From Magallana gigas (Eukaryota): a stretch of 64,000 nucleotides of DNA. The stretch is from contig NC_088858.1 of NCBI RefSeq assembly GCF_963853765.1, forward strand, positions 52,142,001 to 52,206,000, in the 5' to 3' direction. Below, piece by piece: positions 11,876 to 23,200 of the stretch. Position numbers and translations under genes: made by a program. The first letter of the stretch is position 1, and each line of letters begins with the position of its first letter. Under the pieces are notes generated by a model that worked only from the letters and a program-made list of their open reading frames with translations, made no database searches and was not told the origin of the DNA.

Positions 11876-14364
11876 GTCGACAACAATTGGTGAACCCTGT
11901 GCAAAATGAAATCAACAAGGGAAAATGAAGTAACCAATATTTCTGTGGATACTTCACAAATAACAATAGACAGGCATATAACAGGTTCGAGAAAGAACAA
12001 GTGGACAGATGGACAACAAAGACTTCATGTTGGAAGCTGATGCACGAACGTTAAATATAATATGTTTCTAAGTGTAACCAGACTCCCTTAGCCAGTATAT
12101 CCAGACTAGAAACCGTTCATTTTGTCTTATTCTAGCCATCATGGCGTATTTAGTTCGGCTGAGGACTGTACGTAATGTGCTGTCACGAGAATCAACATCA
12201 ATTAACAAGCCTCTCCAAAGAACTACATGGTAAGACATGTCGTCACATTTACATGTAGGTTAATATTGAAAACCAACTTATGCGTTTTCTTTGATATTGT
12301 TTTAAATTGTAATATAAGAGAAGAAAAACGACTCTAGTTTACCTGACAATTTGTTTTGGTCAGTCCGTAAATCCTACATCTTTTGCCGTTAATTCCCGGG
12401 ACGACAGATAGATCTCCGGACTAATTGAGTGTTGTGGCTACCGTATTGTGAGCCGACCGGCGAAAGATCCCCTCTATTCCTCCATATCCCTGTTGACACA
12501 AAAGCTTACTGGGTTTTACACCTTGACAAATAGCACTGGGTAGCCGACCCACCCGCAGGTATTACGTGAAACCAGGTAACGGGCCCTCTTGTTTTAAAAC
12601 GAGACACTTGACCGTGAGGACGCATATATTTGGAGATAAACTCAAATATCAAAAATAAAAAATTGTATTCATATGTGTATCTCTTTCTTTGTGTCGAAGA
12701 AACGATAAACGGTGCCGGTGTCACTCACTAGTCTCGGTATATTGAAAAGTTTTTAATGTTTCCACTTCTCGCGCGGTCTTGAACAATTTGGAAGCAATTA
12801 TGTTTCCTGGCAACAAGAAGACATCAAATTCTTCCCGGCATGGGACACAAGAGCAGAGATTCTTACTAATATGGTGTACCCCCTCTAAAGTTAAACATAG
12901 CCCTATTTATTGTGTGTACAGAAGATCAATATCTCGATAAGAAAAAAATTAATCTTAAACAATCCCTCTGTGATTGAAACTCGGTCGATTTATGGTTTTC
13001 CTTCTCAAGTTCCGTGTTTTTAATCAGAGGTTTAAAATTCAAACTCCAATTATCTATGCGCGTTTAAATTGCAACAACTGAAGAGCGGCTAGAGATAGTG
13101 TAATTATTTTTTAAAGGTAAAAAGTGGCAAGTTTCAGAAGGAAGGCGAGATATACTAGTGTGCCGGACCCCCTCCCGTGTTAATTCACCGTCACGAACGG
13201 ACCTGCAGTAAGCTCAAACAAAAACACCACGACCTCGGCGCTTATTTCTGACAATTTCACTTTATGACATGAGATGGATTTTAAATAATAGTCAAAGGAT
13301 TGTTCCCAACATCGGAACAAATAGCGGGATATTTATAGACGCGGATTAGTTTTTTTCCAGATATTACGGAATACCATTTATTGCATAATTTTCTAAAACA
13401 ATTTGTACACGTGACATACTTCTATTATTTTGTAAAGATGGAATACAAACGGAACGTATTTCTATATTTTTTTAATATCTAAATTAATTTTGTCTAATGT
13501 GAAAAAATATCACTTTCCTCAAATAGTAAAACATTGCACCAGTACTCAATTAAACTCGGATTTTAACACAGTTTCATTGGTTGTTTCATTAGTTTATTCA
13601 TCTAAAGCAAATCAGGGGGAATTGGTCACCATTTATCTTTGTCCCGTTAAAATTTTGCTATAAAACATATTTCATCATGTACATAACTGGTCAATAGACA
13701 CCAATGGAGAGTTAATACATAACTATTAACTATATCACCCATTGATGACATTTGCATGAATATACATGTACTTCAGTCCAATATCAATATAATGTCAGTC
13801 TAATTAAAATTCTTTATTTAAAGGCTTTTATTATTGAACAGGACCTGTTAAATATACCAAAACTTGACCTTTCATTTTACGGTACACCCAAAGAGAGATA
13901 ACTCAAAAATGTACAAAATAAAAAGTCCTTCCAGATTTATTTCATTCTTTATTTTCCCGTTATATTGCACATTAACAAGCACACGTAACAACATTGACCA
14001 AGTCGTGTAAATCTTGAACTGAGCTACTCTCTCACACCTGTCAGTGTGGAGTAGGAGCATTCAGTGTTGAATATTCTCTGGCACCATGGTCTGGCTCTCA
14101 CCTAAAGGTCTATAACTCTGGCACTACCTTGTAATTTACACAGCATTTGTCTTTCAGCCAATCTTGTATTTAGCACAACCTTGTCTTACACACAGCAATT
14201 CGAAATCCATCGCATTTCAGTCAGTTGGGAATTGAGCTCAAAATGTGTGGCACCTGCACATTCCAGGATCTGTACACATCATTGTATTTCTGTTGAGACC
14301 TCAGAATAAATGAGGAGGGTGAAGCTGTATAACACTAGACCCTGCTTCAGGTGCCGCTCCCCGG

Positions 14365-17300
14365 TCACTGCCGACAGCCATCGTGTAGAGGCTGGGAGGA
14401 GCGAGTGTCCCTCCAAATAGGGGGTAGGAATCCCTGCAGGTACTTGCCACACTTAGAACAAGGGGCAGAGAACAGAGTCTTGTAATTGTTTAACCAAATC
14501 TGAAAAAGAAGAAGAACCAATGAGGAACAATCTTAATTCATTGCTTTATATCATTCAACATATCAATGAATGTATGTTGAACCCCGATATCTTGAATATA
14601 TATAGAATACAATGGATTTGTCGAAGTGATTTGTAAATCCCAACCACTTATTTTTAAAGTATTGTACCCTCGATATATCGATTACTGGGATATATATTGA
14701 GATTACAAAGTTTGACTGTATTTATGTTTTCCACAATGAAAACGTAACAAAGGAAAGTCAATGACATAATTACCAGATACCAGATAACAATGTAAGAAAG
14801 TGCACAAATTGTAAGAAAGCCCATAAATTATCATGATCTCAAAATAATTCAAGGGCCATAACTTTGCTAAAAGTAGACCACTACAGAACCTTAATATTGA
14901 TCTGTAAATCATCTATAAAGCCACAACACAGAAGATAAGCTCCAAGTCTGATACTGATTTAATTATTTAATTATTTGTAAAACAGTAAAGTTTCTTAAAT
15001 TTCTAAGTCTAATACCTATATTTTGCTGACAGGCAGAGCTTGAAACAATTGATCACTAAATGATTGATTTAAACTAGACCTTTGAGTAGAACATCTGCCA
15101 TTTAGGACAATCTTTATTCAAATTTTTTTTAAACATTTTTCAATACTGGTTGATACAGATTGTGAAAATTCTCTATTTCAAAGTTGAAAACCTAAGTGTC
15201 GATCCAGTTGAATATAAGTTTTTTACCCTTAAAAGATCTGCTTAGTCTAATACTTATTCAAATTCTATACCTGTGCTGAAAGTCATCAATACAAAGCTAC
15301 ATACCAAGAATCAGCTCAATGTAGACAGTTAGGGAGGTGGAAAGGGGTAACACTTCATTCCCAGCCATTTCATGGTAGGGCATAGACTACATAACCCCAG
15401 CAAATTACACTATATTCCCATAGAACACATAACCCCAGCATTTACTGAGATAAGTGAGCAAGTAAACATCCAACTGTAAACTTACCAGGAAGGATTTTAG
15501 ACTAGCATCAGGTAGCTGAGGATGGTAGAAATGGATGGTGCCGGCAGTAACTAAATCTGTCACCTGGTGATAAAAAAATTACACTTTATGTTTTAGCTGA
15601 AATGAAACGTTGATATAAACAATTGTATAGTAGAATATGTGTGTACTTACCTTATTGAATACTTGGTATTTGGACTTGGACCAAATGTCTGGCTGTAAAA
15701 TAAAATCAGTACATTGTACAAACTACATCTCAAATGTCTGGTTGCAGAGGTTGAAAGAGATCAGTACATCAGTATTAAAATACACTTCACATTTAGTATC
15801 GGTAAAGAATTTAAATCAATGTAAACATTAAAGATAAGGCAGTTAGGCCTGGAATGCAAAGAATACTTTTCTGTATACCGTATATCAAGTTTTTTCCACG
15901 TCATGTTTTTTCCGCGATTCAGAACCTAGAACAGTAAGTATATAAAATTTACGCGAATCGATTTTCACAATTTCAAAGTCATACTGAAAATATAATTCAA
16001 GATTGTTTAACCCTGTGAAGTAAGAGGGTAAAAGTATCTCAATTGCAGCTCATTATAATAAAAAATTCGGACAAACCATTCACACGATTTTCTTAATGTT
16101 AAATAATTACCAATAATTATTTTCAGAGACGCAAACAGTCATAGATAAATAGATCATGTACCGTTACATATACAAGTAGCTCAGGTATAATTAGACATCG
16201 GTTTACGCAAGAAAAGCGACCGTTTTAATTAGCTTGTCAATGGATTATTAAATAAACTATGAGGCTTACATACCTATTATCTTGCGCTTGCTTCCGATCC
16301 CGCAATTTCTACTCTAAACTTACTGAACACAGTTCATTGTACTTTCACATACCTGTTTACTTCATAAGGAAAGAGAGAACTATATTGTAAAGTACTGTTA
16401 AATTGTATGCTATGGCAATGTATGTAATGTATACGCCAATAAACTACAACTACTATATTATAAGAACAACACTTTGTATCAAATTTACGTTGATATATTT
16501 TCCGCGATTCGGAAATTGTCGCGAACAAAGCGGAAATTGTATACGCGGAAAAAACCTGATATATGGTAATTAAATATTTTTTAAAATACTGGTCATCAGC
16601 AACTCCCCCTCCAGCATTTTCAAATCTTCTGATTTCCAGTAACTGTTATTGCATTATTTAAAGCAGTTTTATTAACTGCCCAGTAATTTGTGAATGGCCT
16701 GATAAGAACTAACTAGCTAGCCAATCTGGCAAAACATTTATTGCACACTTACATAACTAGTAATTAATTTACAGTATTTTAGACACCAAAAATAGGCAAA
16801 CTACACTAATTTATGATCAGAGGTAAAGAGTTACACACCCGCCCATCATCTGTCAGGAAGTCCTCGCTGTAGGCTTTGATTGACACATACTCTATCAGCA
16901 GTCCCCGCAACACAATCACCGCCTTCAGGGTCTTAGCCAAGGTTATCTACAAAAAATTCATACACACATACACTCAATTACCGGTAATGAAAGGGAAGTG
17001 ACCAACAAATCAAGTTGATTCCATTGTTTGACTTTTTAAAGTAGCTACTGCTAGGTGATAATGTGTATGTGACTCACCTACACATTATATAGTTTACTGT
17101 ATCCAAAGGGTTTACCAGAATGGGTAGAAAATGTACCACTGAGCCTGAATTGATCCCATATATTTGGTAACTTAACCATTGTGTTCCCATACTTTCCTCA
17201 GACAGTATTTCAGCTACCTTACTTTGGTCTTAAGTTCTTCTGTAAAACACAGCCCAGGACTGTTCACACACACATTCTGTGTAGCTTACCTGTAGAACTG

Positions 17301-19479
17301 TGCTGTTTCCCATCGGCCTTATAAGTGACACCGACATGTCTGCATAGGCTCTATCTACTGACGCTACCAGCTGTTGGATGTTTCTACAACAAAGTAACAC
17401 AATTAAATATAAACTTCTGAATCTACCAGTGTAGTGGATAAATCAATAATTATGTATTCAATTAAAGCTAAAACCCTGGAAACATTCAGATGGCATTTGT
17501 GACAAGCTTGACTAAGATGTACTTATGTTGAGGACCCGGTATGTTCGAGTTTGGTTATCAATAAGTGGAGACATGGAGCAATTACCAGTATTGGTACCTG
17601 ACATTAGTATCCGTTACTCACATGTTTTCTGGTATTCTGTGGATGGTTGGTTCCGGCCGCCTCAGGCGTTTAGCCTGTCCTGCGGGGCCCTGGTTGGTCC
17701 TCTTTAGCTGATTGGTGCCTAAAAACTGGGCTGTGTAATCACCAAGCTTATGTACCTAATATAGAGGAAATAGATAAACCAATGGTTAGGGTCAATTAAC
17801 AACAAGTGAAAAGCTGTCAATGTGACAGCAAACCGGGTTTTCTTTTATGTAAACTGTATCCATAATCCATGTCAACCCTTATCCAGTGAAATGGAGTACC
17901 CTACATGTATATGCAACATTTTGCCAAAAAATGACTAAGTTCAAAAGCTAGTAATTTTTTCATAAATTATCGGAAATCAAAATCCTAGCAACTTGCACAC
18001 CTCTGATATATGTACAATTGATCTGCAAATGAACAACTTCCTATCTTGAGAACTGTAGGAGGAGTTATCCGTACAATGAGGGTATCCTATATGCAATATT
18101 TTGCCAAAAAATGACCAAGTTCAAAAGCTGGTATTTTTTCGATAAATTATCGGAAATCAAAATCCTAGCAATATGCACACCTCTGATATATGTACAATTG
18201 ATCTGCAAAAGAACAACTTCCTATCTTGAAAACTGTAGGAGGAGTTATCCGTACAATGAGGGTACCCTATATGCAATATTTTGCCAAAAAATTACTAAGT
18301 TCAAAAGCTGGTATTTTTTCGATAAATTATCGGAAATCAAAATCCTAGCAATATGAACACCTCTGATATATGTACAATTGATCTGCAAAAGAACAACTTC
18401 CTATCTTGAAAACTGTAGGAGGAGTTATCCGTACAATGAGGGTACCCTTTTGGCAGCCGCCCGCCCATCAGCCCGCCCGCCATTTTCACCATTTTAATAA
18501 CCGGATTTTTCCGTTGGAAAATCGGTTAAAAATGCTAAATCTTGTTTTTTATGACATCTAAGTGAATACAGGCTAGTGTTCATCAATGACTGTAAATATT
18601 TTTCTTCAGACAGCCTGACTCCAAAGAGATTGATATGCTCTATAATTCAGAAATAGTTCTGTGAAAATACTCAAATCACTCTAAATTACAATTTATCTTG
18701 CAGTATAAAAAACATATATTTTAGATGGAAAGCAAATGTGCATTTTATTGCTTCTGTTGAATAATGCTTTTTTGACAGGAACACATATATTAACTTTTGA
18801 ACTATGATTATAATTCTCCTCTTTGCTCCTTCCTCAATTGCTATATGCAACAAAAAGAATCACCTTGTTGGTCCATTTATGGGTGTGGTGTAGCTGGGTT
18901 GTGATTCCTGATTTGTCTGTGGCTGGGTCGAGTCCTAGAAGCCCCACGCTATTCAGTAGGAGGGGAGGAATGTTTGTCGTGCTGTGAATGTTGGGGGCCA
19001 GTTTTTCTAAATCTCTGCAATAGAAATTATAATATACGGTAATGCATGTATAATATAGGAGGCCTATTCATAATCTTCCTTTCCAATCAGAGGCCCTTGA
19101 AGGCAGATATATAAATCAGGCTACACGGATTTTCAAAGTTGTTTGCGGTTTTCAACCTTCGCTGAAAGATAAGGCAAGCCTTTCCAATAAACTTAACAAT
19201 AAATTGTTTAATGTCTAAATATGATTTGAATCATATTTATTCCATAAGTTGAAAGATTGTCGAGAAAATTCGAAATATGAACACAAACCCTAAATTGTCA
19301 TTTACGGCCGTGAGAGACTTCTGTAACTTGTTAAGGAGAGCTTTTTCATCTCCCTTTGGTGCCTGAAAACCATCTGAAAGATCTGTGAACACTTTTGTAA
19401 CACTGGCTCGAAGTTTTTGCGTTAATTTTATCGCCTGAGTTAGCTTTTCGATTTGCGTGTCTAGTCTGTTATCCGCCAT
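14365..19479 (-). CDS. MED27: Mediator of RNA polymerase II transcription subunit 27 (310 aa, 8 coding exons)
   Basis: Exons 19479-19289, 19014-18864, 17755-17622, 17383-17290, 16946-16839, 15692-15651, 15563-15486, 14499-14365; all GT-AG and phase-compatible, total 933 nt. Peptides such as GLLGLDPATDK, HKWTNK, TLAKTLKAVIVLRGLLIE, PDIWSKSKYQVFNK and FSAPCSKCGKYLQGFLPPIWRD...LHDGCRQ match recalled metazoan MED27. Confidence 0.97.
15878..16566. mobile_element. Non-autonomous TA-flanked DNA transposon (Tc1/mariner-type MITE) in MED27 intron 5
   Basis: TA|CCGTATATCAAGTTTTTTCC ... GGAAAAAACCTGATATATGG|TA; about 20-bp imperfect TIRs with TA duplication. Confidence 0.85.
17798..18532. mobile_element. 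Helentron-associated (HINE-like) non-autonomous element with three 180-bp internal tandem repeats, in MED27 intron 2
   Basis: 180-bp period (17931, 18111, 18291), a (CCCG)-type microsatellite near 18457-18481, and a terminal hairpin aaccggatttttcc-gtt-ggaaaatcggtt (18499-18527) followed by an A tract, with a related aaccgggtttt motif near the other end. This layout is typical of bivalve HINE/pearl-like elements. Confidence 0.8.
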
Positions 19480-19596
19480 TTTAATGGTTATTCGGATTGC
19501 ATCTTGGATTTCCTTTCATTTCAAATAAAAGCATAGTGTTCCGAAGCGTATAAACAAAAATTTTCCCGGAAGAATAGTTTTACCAGTCAAGTAAGT
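19473..19596. promoter_or_regulatory. Compact bidirectional promoter MED27/GEN1
   Basis: YY1-type CCGCCATTTT overlaps the MED27 ATG (19473-19482); ETS-type CCGGAAG at 19566-19572; a + strand GTAAGT donor at 19591 pairs with an acceptor at 20210, giving a GEN1 non-coding first exon. Confidence 0.6.
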
Positions 19597-20236
19597 AAGA
19601 TGGTTTTTAATATGAAATGATACGATGATATCATATGATAGTTAATATGATATATAGACAATGTGGATGGAAGATAAAGCGATCATCAGTCTAGTTAACT
19701 GGTTAACTGTGATCATGGTGATTAGGTTTGTACATGTCACTGACCATCCCTCTTGCAAATAATCAAGTTACAGCAAGACTGCTTGTTTTGATGTGTATGC
19801 AAGTCTTTGATTGTATATATCAAATATACAAATACACTATACGTATATCTAATCGAGGGAGATGTTCACATACTAATGTGTTCATATGCTACATATGTAT
19901 TTACCAGCTGTATACAATTCTACAGATCTTGAATTTTTTTTTTTACAGAATTGTTAACTGCTTGATCTCCTATATCTATATATAGTGACCATAATGGTAG
20001 TTGCACTTACATATCAGATTTGATATTGGGATCGAGGTACATGTAAGTATCACCTCCTTTTTGAAACATACCCCTCTACACTGTACTAAAACATGTACTA
20101 AAACATAAAGTTATTCATCCTAGCAGACTGTAACACCAGTTCATTTGTACCTTAAGTAACATTAGTTTTGATTTTGTGTGTTGTATGCAGTAAATTGTCT
20201 TTTATTCCAGTTCGGTTTTTGGATAAACTGTGTTCA

Positions 20237-23200
20237 ATGGGGGTGAAGGATCTGTGGAAAGTCTTGTCCCCTGTTGCCAAGAAGTCAGTACCTGTCAAAT
20301 CCCTGGCTGGTAAAACTCTGGCAGTGGATCTAAGTGGATGGATTGTTGAGTTCAGAACAAACCAGAATGAACCCCGTCTGTATCTCAAGTTAGTTATATA
20401 AATCAAGCCACAATAATTCTTTCTTGTATCTGAAATAAGGTATAGCAAAAAACAAAATATGCAGCAGCGATTATCAACAATGCTTATTAGTTGGGCTATT
20501 GTGCATTTGAGATTATTCTGAGTTCTAACTCAGTGATTATTAAGGTGAATAAATTTTTTTAAAGGTCACCATCTTGTGACATAGTATATAAAAAGTATAA
20601 GGCTGGATGTAGTGTCAGTTAATGAAGGACTTGTTCTTTTTGTCAAGAACTCTGTATCAAAGAGCCAGTCGTCTGATGAAGCAGGGAGTCCGATTAGTAA
20701 TGGTGGCTGATGGGATAGCTCCAGAGTGTAAGCGTGATGCGATGGCACTGCGCAGTAAAGAAGGAGGCGTGACCAACAGTGTCGATAGACCGTGGTTCAA
20801 ATCTATTGTGGAAAAGGTATCTTTGTCCCCCAACTTTTGGAGACTGACTCAATATTGAATGTTAAAAAGTTATCAACTGAAATTTTCTTTTCAAAGTCTT
20901 CTGCTCTGAGAAAATTGACATGTACATAGATATTGGACATTCAGCTTACGAAGGTGTGGTCATAACATAAGGCCAAATTAAATCATGTGTTTCCTATTAC
21001 CAACTGAAAATATACAGCTAGTGTCTGTAGATATCTTGTTGTTTTCGGCATATACCTGGTATATAAAAAAAAACATGCTTCCTCAGTACTTAATATATAA
21101 TGTATATATACAGTATTTAATCAGATTAATTGTTATAAATTTGCAGTGTTTTGAAGTGTTGAAATGTCTTGGATTGCCTTGTATCAAGGCACCAGGAGAA
21201 GCAGAGGCGTATTGTGCTTGGCTAGACGAAAATGGGGTAAGTAATCAGACATGTAAGACTTCCATATGGACATTTGATGGAATGCATTAACCCCATGGAG
21301 ATTTTCAGCCATATCAAAAACAAATGTCTTTTTAGTTGCATAATATAACAAAACATGCAGCAAAAATGCAAAAAATGTTAAAGCAATATATATGTATATC
21401 AGACTTTATAGAAATGTTTGGACTGTAAATAACAAGCTAGTTTTGTTTTATAATGTACTTGCTTGGTAATTTGATTGAGTTATTATTAACAGGTTTAATT
21501 TTTTTTCTGTTTTCTGATTGTACAGTTAGTGGATGGGGTCCTGACCTCGGACTCGGATGCTTTGTTGTATGGAGCTAGAACAGTCTATAGGAATCTAGAA
21601 GCACAGAACAAGGCAAGGTCTACTTAGAGCTCCATTGTACTAGTATTCATGACACAACTACTGCAAAATTCACTTATTTTTACTTAAAGAAAACTTAGTC
21701 CTTATCCAGATACATACAGTAAAGACTATTGAAATAATTACTGAATATGTTTTAGGAGTAACACTTGAAGGAGAAGAGAACATGGCTAAATCCTGAAATG
21801 AATTTTCATTTTTTTAAAATTCAGTTTGACTATGCTGTTGATCTTTATGAGATGTCGGTCATAGAAGAACGATTGGGGATGACAAGGGAGACATTAGTTG
21901 CTATGGCGATGCTAGTTGGCTGTGATTATGACGAAGGAATAAGGGACATTGGGATTGAAAAAGCACAGGAGCTCTTTAGAGAACTAAGAAGTAATCACAA
22001 GGACCCATTCACAAGGTAAGGAAAAATTGTGGAAAGTTATTACTTCACTGATCCCCATAACACAGGTCTTCAGAGAGTGCAGAGTTTTAATATTTCTGTT
22101 TCATTGTATAGAAAATCCTTTCTATGACTAGCCATGATGTACCACTATCAGGGGGAAACTGTTATAGTACATGTATGTCCCAAGTTATTGCTTCCATCAC
22201 ATTTTTTTGTTTTTTATACAAATACACATATCTAGGAAAAAAATACAGTTGAAAATGATAAAAGGGAAAATATCCAAGATATCTTCTTTAAAACATTATC
22301 AATTTTTAAATCATAAAAGTTCACAGCAACGAAAACAAATTTCTTACAGAGATCTATAATGGAAATTGTTTACATCTTTTCACCATTCTGAACTCACTCG
22401 GAATACCTCGCACAATGTTTCAACATTATCATGCGGGCTTTTTCATGGCTGCATGATGCAATGCAAAATCTCTGTAGACTTTCTATTTTGGATTGTGTAT
22501 TGAAACCTAAACAGTAGAGGGGGTATTTCAAAAGAATTAATCTGGACATTTTTTATATTAGTGGATATCAACTAATGTAATTGATGAGCATATGAGATTC
22601 TTTTTAAAGATGGTTTTAATAATCTTTTGTAGAATAATGAGTTGGAGAGAAAATCAGGAGTTAAAGAAACTCACAAATTCTGAGGAAAAAAAGGTGGCAC
22701 ATTGCAAACTTTGCCAACACAAAGGTTAGAGTTATTTTTGTGGTCAGGCTGAAATATATAAATATCTATGATGAGGAGTATCTTTCCTTAATTTATATGA
22801 TTTATGTGTGTTATTCTTGGTTGTCTTAATCAACTGTTTATCATTAGGTATATTTAACATTTAGTTCTAGCAGAAAAAAGAACAGTTACATTGTAAATGT
22901 ATTTTTTTTGGTAGGAACTAAAACTCTTCATGATAAAGAGGGTTGTCATGATTGCAGTTCCGTTAAATCATGTGATCAAAGTTCAAAGGTCACATGTACC
23001 TGTGGCAGTGTTCATCACCAGAAGGAGAAACATACTCTAGAGCTGAGATATTATGAGAAAGCATTGCGAAACTCAGCATTCCCAAATAAAATGGTATGAT
23101 AATTATGATGAATAAAAAAAATATATGAACCCAGTACATGACGTTGTATTCATTTCTCCCATTTAATAGTAACTGAGTGAACATTTGATTGTTCCTACAG

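Noticed and set aside
12136-12229. + strand exon-like segment (acceptor, ATG GCG, MAYLVRLRTVRNVLSR..., GTAAG donor) resembling a mitochondrial presequence
   Set aside because: No phase-compatible downstream coding exon found before the MED27 3' end; the best acceptor (about 12920) creates an immediate stop.
14700-15250. Possible second Helentron-type relic in the last MED27 intron (aattcaagggccataact motif)
   Set aside because: Only a short motif is recognisable; no termini or repeat units could be defined.
18111-18356. 81-aa ORF in MED27 intron 2
   Set aside because: Lies entirely within the 180-bp repeat units of the HINE-like element.
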